A stretch of 63,650 nt of DNA, filler included, from Conidiobolus incongruus B7586 (Eukaryota), in NCBI GenBank assembly GCA_000697335.1. It is 8 parts of 8 records of this genome, joined end to end, with 100 filler letters (N's around TTAATTAATTAA, not from the genome) between each part and the next. Parts side by side here need not be neighbours in the genome. Positions count along the whole stretch, not along the records: positions 49,920 to 56,783 come from JNEM01006203.1; positions 56,884 to 59,763 come from JNEM01006217.1; positions 59,864 to 62,235 come from JNEM01006224.1; positions 62,336 to 63,650 come from JNEM01006232.1; 4 more parts are not named here. One strand, given 5' to 3'. Positions 53,762-63,650 of this stretch are shown here, piece by piece. The stretch's first letter is position 1. Each line of letters opens with the position of its first letter. The translations under genes were made by a program, and so were the position numbers. The notes below the pieces were generated by a model, which ran no database searches, had not been told where the DNA came from, and saw only the letters and a list, made by a program, of their open reading frames with translations.

Positions 53762-54490
53762 TTATATTGTAAATGAGTAATTACCTTGCGTAATAAATAT
53801 GCTAATTTGATAAATCTTTGTTTCCAAATCATTCTTTACTATAGTGATAATGACTATTGGTATTTTTAAAATTGATAAAATATATTAGGTATTTATTCTC
53901 TGTTATATTATGAATATAGCACCTGGTTGATAGTAAAATTTTTAATTAAATGAAATATTTAATACTTACAGTCAGTGCCTGAAATAAATATCCTGGTAAC
54001 TATTAACTATTATAAATAAAATATATATAACTTATAAGTCTTAAACTCAATATGAAAACTGTAACAAATTCTGTATTCGCGTTAATCTTATTACTCAAAT
54101 TTATTTCCATACAGTTCCAAGTTACAAACTAATCTCAAAAATAAACTATAATATATTTAAGAATCAATTATAATTTATTAATAATAAATTATGTAAAATT
54201 AGTTTGAATATAAAAATAAAAATTACAATTTATGAGATTAATTTTAATATCATAACTTTAATTATTCATTTAAAATATATTTATGTACACTTAATAAATA
54301 AAAATTAAATAATTTAATATTAATTAAATCAATGGAATACATAAACCTGATATAAAATACAAAATTAATAATTAAATAATTTGTTTAAAATTAAAATAAA
54401 TATAATTGGCCAAACAGGAAAAAAGTATTTGATTATAATTATAATTCGAATTTATTGAATATACATTTGAACTGAATTTAAAAATAAAAA

Positions 54491-54563
54491 GGCGGGTTAG
54501 TATAGTAGACTGTATATCAGACCTTCAATCTTAGGGCCCTGGGTTTGAGTCTCGCATCAAGCG
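54491..54563 (+). pseudogene. Degenerate tRNA gene, probably tRNA-Lys derived
   Basis: 73 nt, colinear without gaps with the eukaryotic tRNA-Lys pattern (ATCAGAC.TT.AATCT.AGGG.CC.GGGTT..AGTC). Stems are broken and the B box reads GGTTTGA. Confidence 0.6.
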
Positions 54564-54842
54564 ATATTATTTTCCCTATATTTATCAGTTCTGAGATTTG
54601 ATTGATATGTTTTCAATATATAAATTTATTAACTTCAAAAATATTCTAAATTATTCTTGTATTCAACTTTGTTTAATTATTTTATTCTTATTTAAGTGGA
54701 TTTATTATTATTAAAATACTTTGATAAAAATTATTTTAAATATTATTTAATTGAAAATTATATAATTATTCTTTTTTTTTGAATTAATATAAATAGACAC
54801 GGGTTCGCAATTTAAATAGTTATATTGAATCTAATACTGAAA

Positions 54843-55190
54843 ATGACTGGTATCAATCAATTCACTACTTTGCTCTCTGTGATTCTAACTCTTGTTGGAG
54901 CTGCTCCATCTCCGGGACCATATCCTCAGTCTCCTTCTCCTCGTGGTGGTGGTAAATTAGCTAAGAGATGCTTTGGCGGTTGGGATGGATGTGGTGGATG
55001 GGGCGGTTGGGGAGGATGTGGATGGTGTCCAATTTTCTTTGCTAACGAGAATTGTGTTGCTTCCGACTGTTTCCATGCCAGTAATTTTGATCACGACGTT
55101 GCAGCTGCAGCATTTTGCGAGAATACCTGCTGTAATGAAGTTGATGCTAATAGTTTTGTTTGCAATGATTTTAATACTTTTTTCGCATAG
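54843..55190 (+). CDS. Secreted Cys/Gly/Trp-rich peptide precursor, copy 1
   Basis: The real ATG is at 54843, with TATAAATA at about 54788. Signal peptide, Pro-rich propeptide, LAKR Kex2-type site, then a 73-aa mature region with 10 Cys. Confidence 0.9.
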   Translation: MTGINQFTTLLSVILTLVGAAPSPGPYPQSPSPRGGGKLAKRCFGGWDGCGGWGGWGGCGWCPIFFANENCVASDCFHASNFDHDVAAAAFCENTCCNEVDANSFVCNDFNTFFA

Positions 55191-56229
55191 AATGAATATA
55201 AATAAATTGATATATTAGATGTTACAAAACCATTAAATGAATTTTTTTCAGCTTAGTTAAATAGATTATTAAAATACAAAAGGGATTGCTTTATATATGG
55301 TTGTATGTATGCAATATCATTAAAACCAAACGATTTAATTTGATATAAATTCTTATTTCAATATCATAAACTCAATTTTCTGCTTGAAATATTTGAGTAA
55401 ATATATCAGATTAGCAATTTTTTATGTTCAATTACTTCTAACTTTCACTTTAGTTTCATTAAATTCCAATTATCTCACAAAATCTATAATTGGCACTAAA
55501 TTAAAATTTAAATATCAGAATAATCAGAATATCAATGAAAAAAATAATCATATAATTAGAGAAATATCAATTGGTAAATTTATCAGTTTAATAAGTTTTA
55601 ATCAACTAAATCTATTAAATTGGTCTTATTAAATATGGTTTTATCTTTATTTAATACACATTAACCGTAATAAGAATATTGATTTGAAATTAATTTGATA
55701 GATATCAAATTAATTTTTAATATATGATTGTTAAATAAATTATAATGACCTTGATCATTGTTACTAAGTATTCAGGCTTCTTTATATTGTGTATGAAAAA
55801 TGTTCAAAAAATAAATACTAAATAGATATAATCACTTACATATTTCTTATTTTTTATAACATCAGTAGTAGTCATTTAATCCAAAGTTGATTTAATATTT
55901 TTTTAAATTATTTATAATTAAATATGTAATTTTTTTTCTCTTGGTTTCTAGAATTGTAAAGTATAATAATATAAATTTGATTATATCTTTGCACTATTAA
56001 AGTTCATTTAGAAAAAATCAACTATATTTAAAATTATTAAAATTATCTAAATATTAATTTAATTTTGATTGATTAAGTGCTTATTAAATTATTTCATTTA
56101 ACAAATTTAATATTATCAAATACAAAAAATAATAATTATATCTATTAATAATGTCTATAGTAAGAGAGTAGTATAAATATTCTAAACGTTTCCTTCAAAA
56201 CTTCAGTGTATTGAACTAGATTCTCAATA

Positions 56230-56571
56230 ATGACTGCTTTTAACCAACTTGCCTTATTTGTTGCTATTACTTCTTTAGTTGGAGCTGTTCCTTCTCCAAG
56301 ACCTCAACCTCAACCATCCCCTCGTGGTGGTGGTAAATTAGCTAAGAGATGTTTTGGTGGTTGGGATGGATGTGGTGGATGGGGCGGTTGGGGAGGATGT
56401 GGATGGTGTCCAATTTTCTTTGCTAATGAGAATTGTGTTGCTTCGGATTGCTTCCATGCCAGTAATTTTGATCATGACGTTGCAGCTGCAGCATTTTGTG
56501 AAAACACTTGCTGCAGTGATGTTGATGCTAATAGCTTTGTTTGCAACGATTTCAATACCTTTTTCGCCTAG
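56230..56571 (+). CDS. Secreted Cys/Gly/Trp-rich peptide precursor, copy 2
   Basis: Same architecture, with TATAAATA at 56172. Mature region is 71/73 aa identical to copy 1. Confidence 0.9.
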   Translation: MTAFNQLALFVAITSLVGAVPSPRPQPQPSPRGGGKLAKRCFGGWDGCGGWGGWGGCGWCPIFFANENCVASDCFHASNFDHDVAAAAFCENTCCSDVDANSFVCNDFNTFFA

Positions 56572-58859
56572 ATTTTTATTAAATAAATAGACTACTTAGA
56601 TATCTTATTACACATTAGCATTTTTTTATTTTAACTTATTCAGCATATAATATATTATATATTATATATTATAATTTTGATATGATTTAACACTAAATTG
56701 GAAACCTATCTTTGGACATGGTTTTATAAGTTGGTTAATTCATGATATTTTTATTATAATTCAGATTTATTAGTAATTAAAATNNNNNNNNNNNNNNNNN
56801 NNNNNNNNNNNNNNNNNNNNNNNNNNNTTAATTAATTAANNNNNNNNNNNNNNNNNNNNNNNNNNNNNNNNNNNNNNNNNNNNATTTATTATTAAAATAT
56901 TAATAATTCTATTTAATTTTAATATCATTTTCAAGATTAAATCATTATTTAATCTTTGAACTAATAATAAATTTATATAATTAATATTAAACTATTATAA
57001 TATTATTTTATTTAATTAATAGTTAAATAAATCATAATGATGATTATTTTTTAATAATTTTTATAATCTCAATTTTATTATTTTAAATAGCTATTAAAAC
57101 ACTCTAAATATCAACAAAATATAAATATTGTAATTTTTGTATAATTTTTAAATAATTTTTTATTATTTATTAATTAGAGTATAAATATTAAACTTTTAAA
57201 AACATATAACAATTACTCTTATAAGTATAATTAAATTCAATATTAACGATTAAGAGAAAATATTTTGATTTAAAAATATTATTTATCAATATATATTTTT
57301 TAAAACTATAAATTCTCTTACTTTTTTTGTACAATATATATATATATATCTAAATATAATGATATATTTGAAAAATTATTAATTAAAAAACTTTCCATTT
57401 TTAATTGTGAATTAATAATTTAAATTTTTGAATATTATATTATAGATATAAAAGAGTACTAATATAGTAATTTTATCAAATAATTTTTATTATTATATGA
57501 TAATAATAAAAGTTATAGTTCTATTTTAAAATAACTGAATAGAAATTAACCCATTGATTATGAATGTGATACAACAGAAAAAGATAAATTTAATCCATTC
57601 CTAATGATAATATATTACAAATTATATACAAAGTTAAGAATGTTTTTAACACAATTATTTAAAAATAATAGAATGTTTGGAAGTTAATATTAAATATACT
57701 TATATGGCTTATGTATAGTCATTTGATACAGACAATTAAGAAAACTAATCATTGAAATATATTGGTATAAATATCAAAAAAGAGAATTTTAATTAATAAA
57801 AAGTATTAATTCTATTTTATCGTTTGAGGATATTAATTAATTTCATATATTTCAACATACTTCAGATTCGATAAATATATCATTAAAATTTACTGAGATT
57901 TTAATATAAAAATATCCAAAACACCATATTATTTAATTCTTGTACATATATAAAACATTCTAAATATGTATTTAATAAAGAATTTATTTTTGATTTAAAA
58001 TAGTTATATTAAATTATCAATCGTATTATAAATTAAATCATTTCCACATTAAATTTTATTGAAATTTAGATATCGGTATCATATTTAATCCGAAATAATA
58101 AATTAAAATTTTAAAATTAAAAATTTGATTTAGTTAATTGAAATTTAAAAATATTATTGATTTAAATAAATATTTAAAATAAAACTACTGTATCAAATGA
58201 AATAAACCATTTTATTGCAAGTAATTTTAATTATTAAATGAAAAATTTTAGATATTGATTGGTATATTTAAAAAAATGGTTAATTTTTTTGACGCAGCCT
58301 GTATTGAATTATCAGAAATAAAATTTCATTTAGCAAGAAATATCGCTCTTAGATAGCTATATATTGACCTCGGGATATATATTTAATTTTTTCAGATTTG
58401 ATATTTGAAATTTAATACTGAAAACCAAATTTCATTTTGTTAATTTTTGGTTAACACGATAATGTATAAGCTATTGTTTCCTTATTGAACCTTATGATTT
58501 TTTACAGTGTAGAATTTTCGGACAATTGTATTCATATAAAAAGGCAACATCATCTCATATTGAGTTTATAGTGTTAATGCTTATGGAAATATAATTAAAC
58601 TATTCAGTAAGTATATTTTGAAATATATTGTATCAAAATTTAATTTCAGCAATATTAAAACTATATAAATGTATTATTGTAATTAATCAAATTGATTAAA
58701 ATTTTTATATCAAAACATTCATAATTTGATATGATGTTTATGTTGGCTACTAAAACTTACTTTTCTATATTATTATCGCTCTTTTTATTACTTTCTATTA
58801 CAATTATTAGATTAATTTGATATATCAAGTATTGATCGTTTAAATTTTTATAGATAAAT

Positions 58860-59763
58860 ATGACTAAAGACTCCAGTTTAAAAGAAATGAAAGGAAGAAA
58901 GGTGTTACCCACCAATGTTAAACCTTCACATTACTTAATTAGCCTTCGTCCTAATTTAGAAACTTATCGTTATACCGGTTCAGTGACTGTTGAGTATGTG
59001 ATATAATTATTAAATTTATTTGAATTTCAATTTAATCATATTATAGCTTATATATTAACGAGGAATCTTCAGTCATTTCATTAAATGCTATTGATTTGAA
59101 TCTTGAATCTGGTAGACTCTTAACCAAAAGTGGTCAGCTCATTGAAGAGTAAGTGATATTTGAATACAACTTTTATATTTTTAGGTCTAAGCAGCTATAT
59201 TTAGGATTTCTAAAGACCACATGGAAATTGTAGTTGCTGACGAAGTTCTTAAGATTACATTGCAAAATTCCTTATCTGCTGGTCAAAATGTCAAACTCTA
59301 TTTAGAATTTGAATCAGAACTAAACGACAAATTGAGGGGTTTCTACCGTTCTCACTTCAAGAATGAAGAAACTGGTGAAGATAAAGTCATGGCCTGTACC
59401 CAACTCGAAGCCACAAACGCCAGAATGGTTTTCCCTTGTTGGGATGAACCTTGCCTCAAAGCTACTTTCGACGTTGTATTAGAAGTTCCCCAAGATGTTA
59501 CTGCTCTCTCCAACATGAATGCTATCTCTGAAGAGAGCATTGAAGGAAATCTCAAGAGAGTCACCTTTGCCACCTCTCCCATCATGTCCACATATCTTTT
59601 AGCTTTCGTCGTTGCTGAATTAGATTATATTGAAGCTTTTACCACGGTTGGAAATCCCATTCCTTGTAGAGTCTATGCTCCCAAGGGTACTGTACATCAA
59701 GGTAAATTCTCTCTTGATGTCTGTACTAGAACCCTTGATTTGTTCAACACTGTTTTTGGTATT
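58860..59763 (+). CDS. M1 family aminopeptidase (puromycin-sensitive/Ape2-like), 5' part truncated by the gap
   Basis: RKVLPTNVKPSHY, GFYRS, TQLEATNARMVFPCWDEP..KATF, ALSNM and SPIMSTYLLAF. Introns 58994-59046 and 59149-59204. Confidence 0.93.
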
Positions 59764-59863
59764 NNNNNNNNNNNNNNNNNNNNNNNNNNNNNNNNNNNNN
59801 NNNNNNNTTAATTAATTAANNNNNNNNNNNNNNNNNNNNNNNNNNNNNNNNNNNNNNNNNNNN

Positions 59864-61367
59864 TTTAACAATATATAACTATATTTTTTTTCTATTATAT
59901 TATATAATATTTTACAAATATATTAAATTTTTTTATTAATATTACTATATTTAAATCCCTTTTTAAAAAAATTCACTTATATATTAATTAACTTTATAAA
60001 TAAGATAAATCAACTTAAAATATTGCTAGAATTACTAGTGTTAGTTAGTTTATTATAATTAAGGTTGTTAAGAATAATAATAAAAACATATTTAAACTTA
60101 AACTTAAGTATGTTAAGATTATAGATAAATATAATGAGAAGTATATCTATAGGTTAGTTAATACAGATAAATATAATATTATTATAAAAATATAACAATA
60201 ATTATAAAACTATACAAAAATATTAGTTAATACTAATATCATTATATATACTTTATATTAACATAGATACCATTTACACTTTAAGAAAAATGTAAGCATA
60301 GTGGTAGTTAAACCAATATAGTGCAGAGGAAGACTTAATATAAAGGTAGTGTGGTGTAGAACATGGTAATATAATGTGGCTGTAGCATGCAAGTGTAAAC
60401 AAAGTTTAATTAAGCTTCAAACTAGGATGAGTCACCAATATATTAAGGTTTATATTAGGTAGTGCCAATATCCTATAATATTGACAGAATATAGTCTCAA
60501 TCTTAAAAATAGTGTAAAAGTAAGAAATAGTAAGAATTGAGAGGAAAAAGAGGAACCTAGTTTATTATATAATTCAATGCTATTTATACAATTAATTTAA
60601 CTATATAAGTATAAATTAATCATATAATTTATAGTTAATTGGATTATATGAAAGTATATATAAGAATTTAAAGAACTAGTCTCTTAACAAAAAAACACCC
60701 CTAATTAAAAAAGTCCCATTATAAAACTAAGTAGGAATTTAAATATCACTATTAATATTAAACTAAAACTAATTAAAATAAAGTTATTTAATCTAATGAA
60801 ATAAAAATATATCTTAATAGATTTGATAAAAAAGTTAAATGCTTCAAAAAAAATATAAAATTATTTTATAATCATTATATTAATTTTTCCTAAAAGTATA
60901 ATATTAAGTTAATTATTATTAAAGGATATATATTGTTTTTAGATATAGGATATCTTTGTAAAATTAATAAGTGAACTAATATTGAGATATATTAAAATAT
61001 CTTAAAAAATAAATTGAAAAAAACCATTGAATAATATAAGTTAAACAAATTTAATATTATTTTCCAGCAAGATAATACTTTTTGTTATATTATAGTTTTT
61101 ATTACCAAATAACTTAAAAATAACAAATTAATAGTTATAAAGTAGCTTCTTCAATTTCTTAACTTTAATTTAATTGAATATCTTTAGGATTAGTTAAAAA
61201 AAGCTATTAAAGCTTTTCCCCTAATAAAAAATTTAAATTAATTTTAAAAATATGTTTGAGAAGTATAAAATAAGATTAACCCTTCTTAAAGTAAAAAGTT
61301 AGTTGATTTTATACCCCATAAACTTAAAGAAGTTAGAAAAGCTCAAGATAGATATACTAAGTTTTAA
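59864..61367 (+). mobile_element. Tc1-family (DDE) transposase relic, hypermutated, interrupted by a solo LTR
   Basis: VI*SNEIKI at 60783 (VIWSDETK), FQQDNTFCY at 61062 (FQQDNAPCH), *LLQFLNFNLIEYL* at about 61143 (WPPQSPDLNPIEHLW), and the C-terminus FIPHKLKEVRKAQDRYTKF* (SMP.RL..V..A.GG.TK). Confidence 0.88.
60291..60689 (-). mobile_element. Solo LTR, family 1 copy A (399 bp)
   Basis: TGTAAG...CTTAACA termini with a 5-bp AAAAA target duplication; removing it restores the Tc1 frame. Orientation is inferred from copy B. Confidence 0.9.
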
Positions 61368-62553
61368 TTTTTTTTATCACCAAAAACCTACAAATTTATA
61401 ACTCACTTTAGGTAAAATTTAAGGATTGATATTTTAGCCAATTAATAACTAAATATCATCATTTAATGAGTTATATTATTAATAAATATAATTGATTTTA
61501 ATTATTTAATTTAAGTTTATTTTATTAAATATTCATCAAATTACTAGTAAAAATATAAGTATTTTTGATTTTATAACTTATTTTTGCAAGTTAATATATA
61601 ATTACTAGTCATTTTAATATTATTATCTAATATTTTTATTAAATTATTATTTATTTTAACACTTCAATTGCAAAATTAAATTATCAATGCATATGAGTTT
61701 ATAATTATTTCAAATAATTGTTTTAATAAATATTAAAATAATTAGCTTAATTTATAATTATTTAGGTTACTAATTTGATATAATATTATAATATATGTAT
61801 GCCAATTAGATATATATTGATTATTTTTATATTAATAAACAAAAGCTAGTAAAAAGAAAGAACTCAGATAAATATATTAAATAAATTATAAAATCATAAT
61901 TTTATATATAACTACTTATAATTTAAAAAATCCTTAATTTAGTAAATTCAAATTTCAATACAAAATCAAAATATATTATTTATATAAAACTATTATATTT
62001 GATATTATTTAAATTATTTTTAAAAAACTTATTTTTTAAATTTCTTATTTATTTTTTATTTAAATAAATTAACTAAAGATGATATAATTAGATTTTATTT
62101 TTAAAATGAAATTTTATAAATAATAATAAATTATTTAATAACCATGGTTATTCTTTTATCTCTTATTTTTTTTATTTTTTAATTTTTATATTATTTCTGA
62201 AATTAAAATTATATTCTATTAAATATTTAATATATNNNNNNNNNNNNNNNNNNNNNNNNNNNNNNNNNNNNNNNNNNNNTTAATTAATTAANNNNNNNNN
62301 NNNNNNNNNNNNNNNNNNNNNNNNNNNNNNNNNNNTATTATATAAATATTAAATTTAATCTTTTTTTATATTATATTAGTTTTATTATTATTAAATTTAT
62401 AATATAGAATAATTAATATTATTAGTTTAAAATAAGGAATATAATCAAAAGTAATATTATTTAAAATAAATATAAAATCTATAATATAATAATTTATTTT
62501 AAAAAATAAACGAAAAACCATATATGATTTTAATTTAATATAATTATTAATAT

Positions 62554-62951
62554 TGTAAGTGTAGTGGTAGTTAAACTAATATAGTGTAGAGGAAAACTTA
62601 ATATAAAAATAATGTGTGTAGAATATGGTAATATAATGTGGCTGTAGTGTACAAATATAAACAAAGTTTAATTAAGCTTCAAACTAAGATGAGTCACTGA
62701 TATATTAAGATTTATATTAGGTAGTGCCAATATCCTATAATATTAATAGAATATAGTTTCAATTTTAGAAATAGTGTAAAAGTAAAAAATAGTAAGAATT
62801 GAGAAGAAAAAGAAAGACTTAGTTTATTAGATAATTTAATACTATTTATACAATTAATTTAATTATATAAGTATAAATTAATTATATAATTTATAGTTAA
62901 TTAGATTATATAAAAGTATATATAAGAATTTAAAGAATTAGTCTTTTAATA
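62554..62951 (-). mobile_element. Family 1 LTR copy B, the 3' LTR of a chromovirus
   Basis: About 90% identical to copy A; terminal CA is mutated to TA. Abuts a minus-strand polypurine tract AGAGGAG (62952-62958). Confidence 0.88.
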
Positions 62952-63084
62952 CTCCTCTAGTAAATATCTTAAAAGAGACACACTCCTTAAATTTTTACAA
63001 ATAGGTATAATAGGTTAAAGTATTCTTAATATTTTCTAGAGGTTCTTATGTAATTTTTTTAATAAGATAACCCATCTATTTTAT
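62952..63084 (-). mobile_element. Ty3/Gypsy chromovirus 3' internal relic (integrase chromodomain + PPT)
   Basis: Minus strand reads IK*MGYLIKKIT*EPLENIKNT, a decayed KWxGYPxEExTWEPxEN chromodomain, followed by the PPT and the LTR. Confidence 0.75.
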
Positions 63085-63086
63085 TA

Positions 63087-63189
63087 CCTTAAATTTAAAA
63101 TAATGGGAAATTTTTTAATTTCTAATTTTTCAAACATATTATTAGTTTGAAATGAATAAATATATACAAAGTTAATAGGAAATTATATA

Positions 63190-63221
<32 letters not shown>

Positions 63222-63554
63222 TAGTTTTTTTGATTAAAAAATTAACTTTTTAAAAGTGGTTGTTTAATTTAATCATGCTTAAACCAAATAGTGATCATCA
63301 AAAGTCTTTTATTTTGGTATTAGTAAAACTTAACCATAAACCCTCTAAAATTATTCAAAATTTACAAGCAGCTTTTGGTAATGAAGCATTATCTAAATCA
63401 ACAATTTATTGCTGGGTAAATTACTTTAAGGCTAAGAGAGAAACTATTCAAAACCTGCTAAAATCTAGAAGACTAACTTTAACTGTCACTCTTTCAATTG
63501 TAAATAGAGTGAAAAAATATATTGAAAAGCACCTTTTTATTTCAGCTAGAGAAT
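63087..63554 (+). mobile_element. Mariner relic, 5' end with transposase HTH; interrupted by an LTR
   Basis: TA|CCTTAAATTTAAAATAATGGGAA resembles the TIR at 8963 and 22698. ATG at 63275; LQAAFGNEALSKSTIYCWVNYFK is a mariner HTH, and the RSGRP linker has decayed to KSRRL. Confidence 0.88.
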
Positions 63555-63650
63555 TGTAAGTGTAGTGGTAGTTAAACTAATATAGTGCAGAGGAAGACTT
63601 AATATAAAAGTAGTGTGGTGCAGAACATGGTAATATAATGTGGCTGTAGT
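63555..63650 (-). mobile_element. Family 1 LTR copy C (partial, window edge)
   Basis: TGTAAGTGTAGTGGTAGTTAAAC... matches copies A and B and cuts the mariner ORF after SARE. Confidence 0.9.

Noticed and set aside
54515..54535. CTTCAA loop suggesting a selenocysteine or opal-suppressor tRNA
   Set aside because: Loop register gives TTC rather than TCA, there is no long variable arm, and the body is tRNA-Lys-like.
9974..62335. Recurrent palindromic TTAATTAATTAA flanked by N runs, as a possible biological repeat
   Set aside because: Always centred in an exactly 100-nt gap; it is a six-frame-stop assembly linker. Adjacency across these gaps is uncertain.
1..63650. CRISPR arrays, rRNA genes or prokaryotic operons
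   Set aside because: None seen; the sequence is intron-containing eukaryotic DNA.

Overview
Very AT-rich eukaryotic genomic DNA with short (~45-65 nt) GT-AG introns. Gene content is fungal; an early-diverging lineage such as Conidiobolus/Entomophthorales is my inference, not shown. Eight contigs are joined by seven artificial 100-nt N-TTAATTAATTAA-N linkers. Housekeeping genes: ecdysoneless/SGT1-like, Ldb17/Dip1/SPIN90-like, LIS1/NudF, an EH-domain protein, beta-adaptin, 5' part of UTP20, 5' part of an M1 aminopeptidase, and tRNA-Ala(AGC). Other genes: a 7TM protein, a GATA(C3H)+PHD regulator, an orphan 467-aa ORF, a secreted PAI-like flavoprotein, a small secreted Ig-like protein, and two tandem Kex2-type Cys/Gly/Trp-rich peptide precursors. 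Dead sequences: an intron-retaining PUS7 pseudogene, a tRNA-Lys-derived pseudogene, and many transposon relics missed by the ORF track (three mariner copies, a Tc1, a chromovirus 3' end, three LTR families). The two strongest signals are (1) a RIP-like, nearly pure C>T/G>A hypermutation of the multicopy transposons in broad sequence context, and (2) a duplicated secreted 10-Cys peptide under strong purifying selection within a small block of secreted-protein genes.
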